Assembly: GCF_009914755.1 (NCBI RefSeq)
Contig: NC_060932.1
From: the human T2T-CHM13v2.0 reference genome, Homo sapiens
Length of the DNA stretch: 64,000 nt
Direction: 5' to 3' (one strand)
Shown here: positions 1-13,565 of the stretch, piece after piece
How the letters are laid out: every line of letters starts with the position of its first letter
Position numbering within the stretch: the stretch's first letter is position 1
The notes under the pieces: generated by a model
What the model was told of the DNA's origin: nothing
Databases searched by the model: none
The model's input: the letters and a program-made list of their open reading frames with translations, nothing else
Position numbers and translations under genes: made by a program

Positions 1-1420
1 TTTAAGAACATCCTTGGGTGAGTCGTATGCACATTAAAGTTTGAGAAGCAGTGTCTTAGAAGATTTGAATGTTGTAAGTGTAGTTCTTAATATATTTACC
101 TGTATCAAGAAAATCCTACAAAATCATAAGCAGAGTGGGGCAAAGCAACTACAAACTTCATTTTTGGAAAAACAAAAGGTAGGCATAATTCATAGATTAT
201 CAAATATATGTAAGGATTGCCCCAAAGCAGTTGAAATCCAGGAGAAATTACCCGTAAGAGGAGGTATAGGAAATTGCTTGGGGGCCTGTGGCTGGATTCT
301 GGAAATCTGCTACCTTAAAGTTGAGGGGTTTCCTCATCTTAAAAGTGATTCCTTAAAGGTGAGAGATCTTATCAGATAGTATCTTTATCTCTTGTTTAGT
401 ATAGGCAAGACAGAAACTGGGAGGAGCTGTAGGAATTTGGATAGCTACCAGCTGGAATGAGCAGGGCTGAAATTGTATAAAAGTCAGGAGGGAGAGAATG
501 GTGGGAGTAGGAACAGAGAGTTGAGGAGGCCTAGTGGCAGAGGCCCTTACAAAACATTAGTGAAAATCCCTTTCCTGAAGATGAGGGGCCTAACATAAAA
601 GGCTGTGACCTTTTTTTTTTTTGAAGTGGTTCTCATAGGATCTGAGGGAAGCAGGGTGTAATTACACAGAGACGCCTTATTTGCAGGAACTAGTCTGAAT
701 CTGTTGCAACAGAGAGGAGAGCTGCTAGTTTGTATAGCTACCCTGGGCCTCTCCTCCCTAAAACTTCTTGCAAATAGCTGTACCAGGAAATCTATGCTGA
801 ATAGTAGAAATGAATAATAGAAGCGATGAATAATAGAAAATATATTAGCTCAGCATTGATAAAAGATACTATGAGAAAAAAGGTAGAAAAGAACAGCAAA
901 ACATCAGTAGATGAGTAATAATCATAGAGCAGATGAATGTTGTGATCAGATATTTTGCTGTAAAATAAGAAATGTTAAAGAGTCAGTAATCTCAAACATC
1001 TAAATTTGCTGACGTTTAAGATTTTTGCATTTATATTAATCAGAGAAGTAGATAATGTCATTCTTTTTGTCAGAGTTTTGCTGCTCTCGGAACACTGTTT
1101 GGAAAGTTGTTTCGTTGTTTTCTATTCCCTGAAAGAGTTTGTGTAATATTGATGCTAGATTTTTCTTATATGTCTACAAAAATTAAAAATTAAAGGTAGC
1201 TGAGCCAGGAGGTTTCTTTGTGGGAAGGAAAATATTTTCTAAAATAAATGACATTTTGATTTTATATTTGTTCTGGTATCTGTTTTGTTGTGTTTTCCAA
1301 GGACATTGCCCATTTTGTCATAATTATTAAATTTATTGGCATACAATTTCTTTATAATATCTTCTTGTCTTTTTCATATTTGTGTATTATTTTTAATTCC
1401 TTCATAATTTGAGTTCTCTT

Positions 1421-1577
1421 TTTTCCTTTTTCTTTCTTTTTTTTTTTTTTCTTTTTTTTGAGACAGGGATCTTACTATGTTGACCAGGCTGGTGTTGAAC
1501 TCCTGGCCTCAGGTGATTTCTGCCACTTTCACCTCCCAAAGTGTGGGGATTACAGGCATGAGCCGTCATACCTAGCC
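1421..1577 (-). mobile_element. Alu monomer (FLAM-like)
   Basis: Poly-T then GAGACAGGGATCTTACTATGTTGACCAGGCTGG...CCCAAAGTGTGGGGATTACAGGCATGAGCC; single arm only. Confidence 0.85.
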
Positions 1578-1834
1578 ATCTTTTAAAGTACCATCTTTTG
1601 ACTTTGTGGATTCAACACATAATTCTTGATTTTAAAAATATAGACATAGTAGGAATAGTTGGGTATCTCAATAATATTACAAAATAAATCTTTGTAGCAT
1701 GTGAGCCAGCATCATGTTTAGTGGAGGACACTAGAGGCAGTTCCCATTAAAATCAAGGAGAAGGTTAAACTGTAACCAATACCATAAGTGCCAGCCAATA
1801 CAGTTAGATAAGAAGAAGAAATTGGATGCATAGA

Positions 1835-4079
1835 TGTATTAGTCCATTTTCCTACTGCTATTAAGAAATATCGGAGACTGGGTAATTTATAAAGAAAAGG
1901 AGGTTTAAGGGACTTAAACTTCCATGTGGCCGAGGAGGCCTCACATCATGGTGGAAGGTGAAGAAGGAACAAAGTCACATCTTACATGGCGGCAGACAAG
2001 AGCAGGGGAACTTCCCTTTTTAATAAAACCATCAGATCTCGCAAGACTTATTCACTATCACGAGCACAACACAGGAAAAACCTGCCCCCGTGATTCAATT
2101 ACCTCCCAATGGGTTCCTCCCACAACCTGTGGGGATTATGAGAACTACAATTCAAGATGAGATTTGTATGGGGACACAGCCAAACCATATCATTCTGTCC
2201 CTGGCCACTCCCAAATTTCATGCCCTCACATTTCAAAACCAATCATGCCTTCCCAACAGTCCCCCAAAGTCTTAACTCATTTCAGCATTAACCCTAAAGT
2301 CCACAGTTCAATCTGAGACAAGGCAAGTTTCTTCTGCCTGTGAGTCTCTAAAATCAAAAACAAGTTAGTTACTTCCTAGATACAATAGGGATACAGACAT
2401 TGGGTAAATACACCCATTCTAAATTGGAGAAATGGGCCAAAACAAAGGGGCCACAGGCTCCATGCAAGTCTGAAATCCATGAGGGCAGTCATTAAACCTT
2501 AAAGCTCTGAAACGATCTCCTTTGACTCCATGTCTCACATCCAGGTCATGCTGGTTCAAAAGATGGGCTCCCATGGCCTTGGGCAGCTCTACCCCTTTGT
2601 CTTTGCAGGGTACAGCCCCCCTCCTCCTGGCTGCTTTCTTGGGCTGGCATTGAGTGTCTGCAACTTTTCCAGGCACACAATGCAACCTGTCGGTGGATCT
2701 ACCATTCTGGAGGATGGTGGCCCTCTTCTCACAGCTCCACTAGGCATGCCCCAGTGGGGCCTCTGTGTGTGGACTCCAATCTCTTATTTCCCTTTTGCAG
2801 TGCCCTAGCAGAGGTTCTCCATGAGGGCCCCGCCCCTGAAACAAACTTCTTCCTGGACATCCAGGTGTTTCCATACATTCTCTGAAATCTAGTCAGAGGC
2901 TCCCAAACCTCAACTCTTGATTTCTGTGCACCTGTGGGCTCAACACCATGTGGAAGCTGCCAAGGCTTTGGGCTTGCACCTCTGAAGCCATGGCTCAACT
3001 TGTACCTTGGCCCCTTTTAGCCATGCCTGGAGCAGCTGGGACGCAGGGCACCAAATCCCTACGCTGCACACAGTAGGGGGGCCCTGGACCTGGCCTAGGA
3101 AACCATTTTTCCCTTCTAGGCCTCTGAACCTGTGATGGGAGGGGCTGCCCTGAAGGTCTCTGATGTGCCCTGGAGGCATTTTTCCCTTTGTCTTGGTGAT
3201 TAACATTCCATTACTTGTTACTCATGCAAATTTTTTCAGCAGCCATGAATTTCTCCCCAGGAAATGGATTTTTCTTTTCTGTTACATCATTAGGCTGCAA
3301 ATTTTCCAAACTTATATATTCTGCTTCCTCTTGAATGCTTTGCTCCCCAGAAATTTCTTCCACCAGAAACCTTAAATCATCTTTCCCAAGTTTAAAGCCA
3401 CAGATCTCTATTGCAACAGCAAAATGCTACCAGTCTCTTTGCTAAAGCATAACAAGAATCACCTTTGCTCCATTTCCCAGCAAGTTCTTCATCTCCATCT
3501 GAGACCACCTTAGCCTGGACTTTGTTGTCCATATCACTATTAGCATTTTGGTCAAAACCATTCAACAAGTTTCTAGGAAGTTCCAAACTTTCCCACATTT
3601 TTCTGTCTTCTGAGCCCTCCAAACTGTTTCAGCCTCTGCTCGTTACCCAGTTCCAAAGTTGCTTACACATTTTGGGGTATCTTAATAGCAGTACCCCACT
3701 CCACCAGTACCAACTTACTGTATTAGTCCATTTTCATACTGCTATGAAGAAATACCTGAGACTAGGCAATTTATAAAGAAAAAGAGGTTTAACAGACTCA
3801 GTTTCACGTGTCTGGGGAGGCCTCACAATCATGGTGGAAGGTGAAGAAGAATCAAAGGCACATCTTACATGATGGCAGGCAAGAGCGTGTGTGCAGGGGA
3901 ACTGCCCTTTGTAAAACCATCAGATCTCATGAGACTCATTCACTGTCATGAGGACGGCATGGGAGAAACCTGCCCCCGTGATTCAATTACCTCCTACCGA
4001 GTACCCCCATAACAGGTGGAGTTTATGGGAGCTACAATTCAAGATGAGATTTGGGTGGGGACACAGCCAAACTATATCA
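1835..4079 (-). mobile_element. Full-length THE1 (MaLR) element: LTR 1835-2192, internal 2193-3718, LTR 3719-4079
   Basis: Two direct ~360 bp LTRs TGTATTAGTCC...ATATCA (reverse complement of the THE1 start TGATATGGTTTGGCTGTGTCCCC), ~1.5 kb internal region, 5-bp TSD ATAGA at 1830-1834 and 4080-4084. Confidence 0.95.
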
Positions 4080-4084
4080 ATAGA

Positions 4085-5337
4085 TATTTGAAAAGACTAG
4101 ATAAAATCATCTTTATTAGAAGATATGATATACCTGGAAAACCCGAGAATTAAGTAAGAAATTACTACAAACAATAGGAGTAAAGGGAAGTAATGTGGTA
4201 GGTTACTATGCAAAAATAACTAAGCTTCATATACTCAGCAAACAGGCTCTTGAGACATAGCAATGAGGAAAGGACCCTCTGCAAAAGAACAACACAAAGT
4301 ATGAAATATTTAGGAATAAGCTTTATAATAAAGATACAAGACTTCCACAAAGTAAAAAAATACTACTGAAAGATAAAAATGAACTGTTTTTCAAATAGAA
4401 ATATATCCCATATTCTTGTATAGGTAGACTCGACCTAATAAAGATTTTAAGTTTCTCAACTTGTTTATAAATGTGATTCTTAATTTTTAAAAATTAGACA
4501 AGTTGATTCAAAAGTTTACATCAAAAAATTTATATACATGAACTAGGAAAAGATTAAAAAAGCTTAATAAAATATTAGCCTATCAGATGTTAAAATATAA
4601 TGTCTCAATATTGAAAATACTGGTACTAACAAAGGATAGTCAGAACCGTGGAATGGAAGAGAAAGTTCAGAAATAGGCCCAAATTCAGAAAGGAATTTAG
4701 TGATTATACAGGTGTTATTTCAATTCTGTTGTGGGGGGACAGGGAGGGGAGAGTCACTAAAGGATAGGACAACTGCATAGCCATGTTAAAAAAATAAGCG
4801 AAATTTGATTCAATTTGTCACTCCACACAGCAGAATAAATTCCACATGAATAAAATATTTAGGAAATTTTAATTGAAACTGGAAGTTGTAGAAGGAAGCA
4901 TGGGAAAATTTTATTTTTCCTTGGTGTGAGGTTGCACCTGGCTAATGCAGATCCAGAGGCCATAAAAGATCAGTAAATTAAACTGTAATTAAAACATAAT
5001 TATGCATAGTAAAAGACTACCCAAAGACAAGGTCAAAAGACAGATTGTTGGTGGGAGGGAGGGAATAGTTTCCTATAAACAATTACTAGAAATTATTACA
5101 TTAAAGGCCAATAACTCAACAAATAAGTTGAGCAGGAATATAAATAGTCCACAGTAAAGACAATACATTAAATGATTCTTAGTAATTTAAAAAGGTGCTC
5201 AGTCTCAATCATTATAAGAGAAAATCCAATTAAATCCACAAAGTGAGGACTATTTTTCATATTTCTAATCGGTTCAAAACCCAAATGATAGATAATATAT
5301 TCTGTTAGAGGATCTATGGAAAAACAGGGAAATACAC
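4085..5337 (+). mobile_element. Old L1M ORF2/3' remnant, interrupted by THE1 (also ~1640-1834)
   Basis: Degenerate L1 ORF2-like motifs (GAAGATATGATATACCTGGAAAACCC, AAATATTTAGGAATAA, TATATCCCATATTCTTGTATAGGTAGACTC). Confidence 0.7.
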
Positions 5338-5719
5338 TGTGTTAGTCTCTTTTCTGCTGCTGTAATAGAGTACCACAAACTGGATAATTTATAAAGAAAA
5401 GAAATGTATCTCTCACTGTTCTGGAGGTTGGGAAGTCCAGGAGCATAGTGCTAGCATCTGGCGAGGGCCTTCTTGCTGCATAATCCCATGACGGAAGGGC
5501 AGGTGTGCATGTGAAACAGAAAGTGGGGTCCAGACTTACTTTTTTATCAGGAACCCACTCCCTCAATAACTAATCTGCTACTGGGATAATGGCATTAATC
5601 CATCATGAGGGCGGAACCATAATGACTTAATCACCTTTCAGATGTCCCCACCTCGTACTACTGTTATAATGGCAATTACATTTTAACATGAGTTTTGGAG
5701 GGAACATTGAACCACAGCA
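5338..5719 (-). mobile_element. MaLR solo LTR (MLT1A/MST-like)
   Basis: TGTGTTAGTC...ATAATTTATAAAGAAAAGAAATGTATCTCTCACTGTTCTGGAGG...AACCACAGCA, typical of MaLR LTRs. Confidence 0.8.
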
Positions 5720-5959
5720 ACAGTCTTAGTGGGAGGATAAATAGATGTAACACCTACAGAAGGCAGTTTAGTAGTGTCTTTCGCGATGACACTTACATTA
5801 AGAAATTGAATATAAAATTGCAATGTAGTTGCATAAAGTTTCTCTTTAAAATTATAAATTTGAGAAGGATATCATTTAAGGACTCCTGATAAGAGAACAT
5901 TTAAAATGATATGGAATTATCTGATGTTTTATTTCAATATACTAAAAAGATACTGTTTG

Positions 5960-5960
5960 T

Positions 5961-5991
<31 letters not shown>
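5960..5991 (+). repeat. (TTTA)8 microsatellite at a splice acceptor
   Basis: Eight TTTA units end immediately before TAG at 5992-5994. Confidence 0.95.
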
Positions 5992-5994
5992 TAG

Positions 5995-6136
5995 CCAGAA
6001 CCACCAAAGAAACCATCTAATTGGAGAAGGAAACATGAAGAATTCATTGCTACCATAAGAGCAGCTAAAGGCCTTGATCAGGCCCTCAAAGAGGGTGGCA
6101 AACTTCCTCCTCCTCCTCCACCTTCTTATGATCCTG
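5995..6136 (+). CDS. ZC2HC1A: ZC2HC1A (C2HC zinc-finger protein 1A / FAM164A) internal coding exon (~exon 4), 142 nt
   Basis: AG|CCAGAA...CCTG|GTATTT; encodes PEPPKKPSNWRRKHEEFIATIRAAKGLDQALKEGGKLPPPPPPSYDP, recognised as ZC2HC1A; phase matches next exon. Confidence 0.95.
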
Positions 6137-6904
6137 GTATTTGGAATATTGTTGACAGAAATGTTCATGTGGAAAGAAAATAATGATAGAGTTTTTATAA
6201 ATTTTCACTTGTTAAGCTTAACTTACAATCATGGAGTGTTATGAGGCATAATCTTTAAAATTTGGTGTAAAATGGTGGTGGTAATCTAGTCATGTAGGCT
6301 TATAAAGACATTAATTTAGAACATGGAAGTGTATTATGTTTTTATTTTAATACTTTTATTTAAACAAGGCATTATAATATCATTTAAAAATTATTATAGT
6401 AACTATTAAATGTGAGTATTCCAGGAAATATTTTAACCATGCTCACTGCGGATTGAAATGTAGTCATTCAGCAGGAGTCATATAATTATGTTGCCTGGTT
6501 CCTTGGTATCTTCTCATCTGAGATTGATATAAAAAAAATCATAATTTTCCTAAAATGTATAATTCATGTGGCTCGACTACATTTATGGCTTAAATTTGTA
6601 TATTGTTAAATTTTTTCTCATTGAGCAGATAAAAGTTGCTTGAGTCATTGTTACTAAAAGCAAAGCAAGATTTTTGCAACCTTGTATGAGATACTGAGAT
6701 ACCGAAAAACTTAAAGTGACAAAGTTGACACTTTGACATTCCTTATTAGAGCAGCCTAAAGAGGTTGTTAATGTAACAGGGTAGCCACATTAATGCTATG
6801 TTAGTACTCTAGATTGGGATTTATTTTCTAACAAAGAGAAAGTTCTTTAGCAAATCTAGATATGATCGTTTTTGACATTTTATTGTAGAGGAGAGATATA
6901 GTAT

Positions 6905-7557
6905 ATCTACAGATATAGTAAATATCTTAGATTTTATATGCCATAAGGTTTCTATTGCAACAAATAAGCCATAGACTATATATACATAATTATATATATA
7001 TTTATATATAATTATATATGTTTATATAATAAATTATATATATTTATATAATAAATTATATATTTATATAATAAATTTTATATTTACATAATAAATTATA
7101 TATATTTACGTAATAAATTATATATATTTACGTAATACATTATATATATTTACGTAATACATTATATATATATTTACGTAATACATTATATATATTTACG
7201 TAATACATTATATATATTTACGTAATACATTATATATATTTACGTAATACATTATATATATTCATGTAATAAATATATATATTCATGTAATAAATTATAT
7301 ATATATTTATATAATATATATCTATATAATAAATATATATTTATATAATAAATTATATATATTTATATAAATATATATAATTATTTATATCTATATTTTT
7401 ATATATAAACTATATCTATATTTATATATAAATATATATAAATTATATATATATAAATATAAAATGAGCATGGCTGTGTTTCCGTAAAACTTCATTTACA
7501 AAGACAGGCAACAGGCAGGCTGGATTTGGCCCATGGGCCATACTTTGCGAAACCCTG
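6905..7557. mobile_element. MER58-like hAT DNA transposon containing an AT-rich minisatellite
   Basis: GCCATAGAC...GCATGGCTGTGTTTCCGTAAAACTTCATTTACAAAGACAGG...GGATTTGGCCCATGGGCCATACTTTGCGAAACCCTG; left boundary approximate. Confidence 0.7.
6976..7462. repeat. AT-rich minisatellite, ~20-24 bp unit (ATTATATATATTTACGTAATAC)
   Basis: Directly visible tandem units. Confidence 0.95.
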
Positions 7558-8681
7558 TTCTAGAGTATTAATAATTAACTTATATGAATGAATGTTTCTG
7601 GTATGCTTTAACTGATCCTGGGCCTCTTTTAATACTACCTTTTATTTTCTTCATGAACTTGAGTTTTCTCTCTGCTTTGAAGATATTTAGATATTGTGTC
7701 TTAACTCTACATAGCTACATTTCTCATGTCTAATATAAGAGAGTGAGAGGGTACCAGTTCTTCAGGATCGTTTGGGCTTTAGAAGTTTTTTTAATCTTTT
7801 GGGCCTGACAAAAACAGCTTATTTCTTTCTTATGAGAGGTTTAAGACCTACTCCAGTAGTAAGCAGGACAAATTTTTGAGCTCAGATGAATATAAATTGA
7901 AAAGGGCAAACTCTGTATCAAAAAAGTAAACCTGTTAAAATAAGTTGTAAACCTGTTAAATTAAGATTCTTTTTTGACACTACCAGATTTTTACATTTAT
8001 TCCCAGTGTCTCATTTAGTTATTTTACAATGCTACAAAATATGGTTCTGGAATAATTTCAAAAGAAGTTTAATTTACAGTATGCTTTGCATTTTGGGAAG
8101 ATATTTTATCTTGGAAACATTTGCTGTTTCTTAAATTTGAATTATGTCAGTGAGATATATTTTAATCACTTCTTCCATCTGTTGGGACTTTTAAGAGAAA
8201 ATAGCACTTTAAAGATAAGTAAACTATTTCTTGACAGTTTTCCATTTGATGAAATAAAAAATTTTAATAGATGAGCCTGTATTTTAAAATGTATTTTAAC
8301 GTCATGTATTATTACTTCCTAACTAGTCTGCTATATAAAGTATGTATCCATTATAAATGAAAACATAAAGGCAAAAAAGAAATAACGTTTTTCCTCTGCT
8401 TACTCTTTTGTACTAAGGATTTATCTTTTGTTTTTTTTCCTTCACACATTTGATTCAAAGCTAGAAGAAAATTGGAAGTCATGTACCAGCAGACTTTTTT
8501 TTTTTTTAACTCTTTACTAAGTTTAGACAAGTAAAACTGGGTAGTTATAAGGATATGGGAATTTTTGCTTATCAGATGTTATTACTTATATTTTTTGAAT
8601 GACTGCATAGAAACTTAAGATTTTTTAATGTCCGTTTCAAGTACTATGCTATTAATCTGTTTCCGTTTTTATCTGTTATAG

Positions 8682-8833
8682 ATTATATTCAATGTCCATA
8701 TTGTCAGAGGAGATTCAATGAAAATGCAGCTGATAGACATATAAATTTCTGTAAAGAACAGGCAGCACGTATTAGTAATAAAGGGAAATTTTCTACAGAT
8801 ACCAAAGGAAAACCAACTTCTCGGACACAGGTG
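8682..8833 (+). CDS. ZC2HC1A: ZC2HC1A coding exon (~exon 5), 152 nt, C2HC zinc finger
   Basis: TAG|ATTATATTC...CAGGTG|GTAAGT; encodes (D)YIQCPYCQRRFNENAADRHINFCKEQAARISNKGKFSTDTKGKPTSRTQV, with C-x2-C-x11-H-x3-C. Confidence 0.96.
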
Positions 8834-9129
8834 GTAAGTTCAGTTTTAATAATTGCTATAAACGAGAAAATGGCTCATGGACATTCATAGATTATTGTTT
8901 ATGCTTTTCATGACATTAGACTATATTTTTCTCACCTGCTTTTATAGATATATAGTTTTATATATCTATAAAAGTTGTATGCTTTTAGCTCTTATATCTG
9001 TAAATCATTTCAAGCTAATTGTGTATAGTGTGAAGGGGCAATTGTTCCCTTTTTCTATGTGGATATTCTATTGTCTTAGCACGTTTTGTATATATAAAAT
9101 ATATAAAAACACTATATATATGTATACAT

Positions 9130-11340
<2,211 letters not shown>

Positions 11341-11344
11341 CCTT

Positions 11345-11780
11345 ATTTATATATTTATTGAAATTGTAAACGTGCAGATTATAGATGTATATATTTATGG
11401 GGTACAAAGTGATACCATGATTCATGGATACAATGTGCAATGACTAAATCAAGCTAATTAACATACTATCACCTCAAGTACTTACCATTTTTTGTGGTAA
11501 GAACATTTGAAAATTTTTTCTCTTTGCAATTTTGAAAGGTATAATACATTATCATTTACTGTATTCACCATGCTATGCAGTATATCTCAAAATAAAAACC
11601 ACAACAAAAACTTACCCCTTTGACCATCATCATCATCTCCTTGTTCTTTCTTCCCTTTCCCCCTCCCTTTAGCCTCTGGTACTACCATTCAGTTCTCTGC
11701 TGCTTAGAGTTCCATTGTTTTAGATTCTACATGTAAGTGAGTACATGTGGTATTCACATGCCTGTGCCTGGCTTAATTTC
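11345..11780 (-). mobile_element. L1MA-type 3' end
   Basis: GTATATATTTATGGGGTACAAAGTGAT...AAATCAAGCTAATTAACATA...TTTAGATTCTACATGTAAGTGAG. Confidence 0.75.
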
Positions 11781-12186
11781 TCCAATTCCAATCCCTATAG
11801 TTCAGTCTTATTTATTATTACTATTTTTTAATCCTTAACTACTAAATCTGCCACCTGTGGTCATTTGCAGTTAGTTTCTGTTGACTTGACATTTTTGCTA
11901 AATATGGATCATGTTTTCTCTTTCTTTGCTGGTAATGTTTGGTTGAAAACTAGACATGACATGGTAGGTAATATATAACAATTTCTGTTTTGTTCTTTTG
12001 CAAAGTGTTTTTACTTTCTTTCCTTTTTTAGGAGGGGAGCAGTAAGGAGGTCTAAGTGTAGGTGGTTAAATCCAGGGTGTACAGTGTAGGTTTTCCAGTG
12101 GTTTCCAGTAATCTTTTTGTTGTAATTGCTGCTACCTGTAGGATGGTTATATAGCCACTTCACCCCTCCAACATTGAGCTTCTAAT

Positions 12187-13565
12187 TTGTTTTTTTTATT
12201 ATTAGTAGTATACTTTAGTTTTAGGGTACATGTACACAACGTGCAGGTTTGTTACATACGTGTACATATGCCATGTTGGTGTGCTGCACCCATTAACTCG
12301 TCATTTACATGGAGTATATCTCCTAATGCTATCCCTCCCCACTCCCCCCACCCCACAACAGGCCCTGGGGTGTGATGTTCCCTTTCCTGTGTCCAAGTGC
12401 TCTCATTGTTCAATTCCCACCTATGAGTGAGAACATGCGGTGTTTGGTTTTTTGTCCTTGTGATAGTTTGCTGAGAATGATGGTTTCCAGCTTCATCCAT
12501 GTCCCTACAAAGGACATGAACTCATCATTTTTTATGGCTGCATAGTATTCCATGGTGTATATGTGCCACATTTTCTTAATCCAGTCTATCATTGTTGGAC
12601 ATTTGGGTTGGTTCCAAGTCTTTGCTATTGTGAATAGTGCCGCAATAAACATACGTGTTTATGTGTCTTTATAGCAGCATGATTTATAGTCCTTTGGGTA
12701 TATACCCAGTAATGGGATGGCTGGGTCAAATGGTATTTCTAGTTCTAGATCCCTGAGGAATCACCACACTGACTTCCACAATGGTTGAACTAGTTTACAG
12801 TCCCACCAACAGTGTAAAAGTGTTCCTATTTCTCCACATCCTCTCCAGCACCTGTTGTTTCCTGATTTTTTAATTATCGCCATTCTAACTGGTGTGAGAT
12901 GGTATCTCATTGTGGTTTTGATTTGCATTTCTCTGATGGCCAGTAATGATGAACATTTTTTCATGTGTCTTTTGGCCGCATAAATGTCTTCTTTTGAGAA
13001 GTGTCTGTTCATATCCTTTGCCCACTTTTTGATGGGGTTGTTTGTTTTTTTCTTGTAAATTTGTTGGAGTTCATTGTAGATTCTGGATATTAGCCCTTTG
13101 TCAGATGAGTAGATTGCAAAAATTTTCTCCCATTCTGTAGGTTGCCTGTTCGCTCTGATGGTAGTTTCTTCTGCTGTGCAGAAGCTCTTTAGTTGAATTA
13201 GATCCCATTTGTCAATTTTGGCTTTTGTTGCCATTGCTTTTGGTGTTTTAGACATGAAGTCCTTGCCCATGCCTGTGTCCTGAATGGTATTGCCTAGGTT
13301 TTCTTCTAGGGTTTTTATAGTTTTAGGTCTAACACTTAAGTCTTTAATCCATCTTGAATTAATTTTTGTGTAAGGTATAAGGAAGGGATCCAGTTTCAGC
13401 TTTCTACATATGGCTAGCCAGTTTTCCCAGCACCATTTATTAAATAGGGAATCCTTTCCACATTTCTTGTTTTTGTCAGGTTTGTCAAAGATCAGATAGT
13501 TGTAGATGTGTGACATTATTTCTGAGTGCTCAGTTCTGTTCCATTGGTCTATATCTCTGTTTTGT
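12187..13565 (-). mobile_element. 5'-truncated primate L1PA (3' ~1.4 kb), with ORF2 C-terminus and CCHC knuckle
   Basis: ORF 12761..13516 translates to L1 ORF2p (...[26 protein letters not shown]...), followed by L1 3'UTR and poly-T. Confidence 0.97.

Noticed and set aside
41-379. 112-aa ORF
   Set aside because: Non-ATG start, no recognisable homology, no clear splice signals; intronic
1728-1742. CTCF-like ACACTAGAGGCAG
   Set aside because: Core lacks one G and the leading CC; inside an L1M remnant
1924-3776. Cluster of overlapping ORFs
   Set aside because: All lie within the THE1 element; decayed MaLR sequence
5050-5063. G-quadruplex GGTGGGAGGGAGGG
   Set aside because: First run has only two G's; lies inside decayed L1
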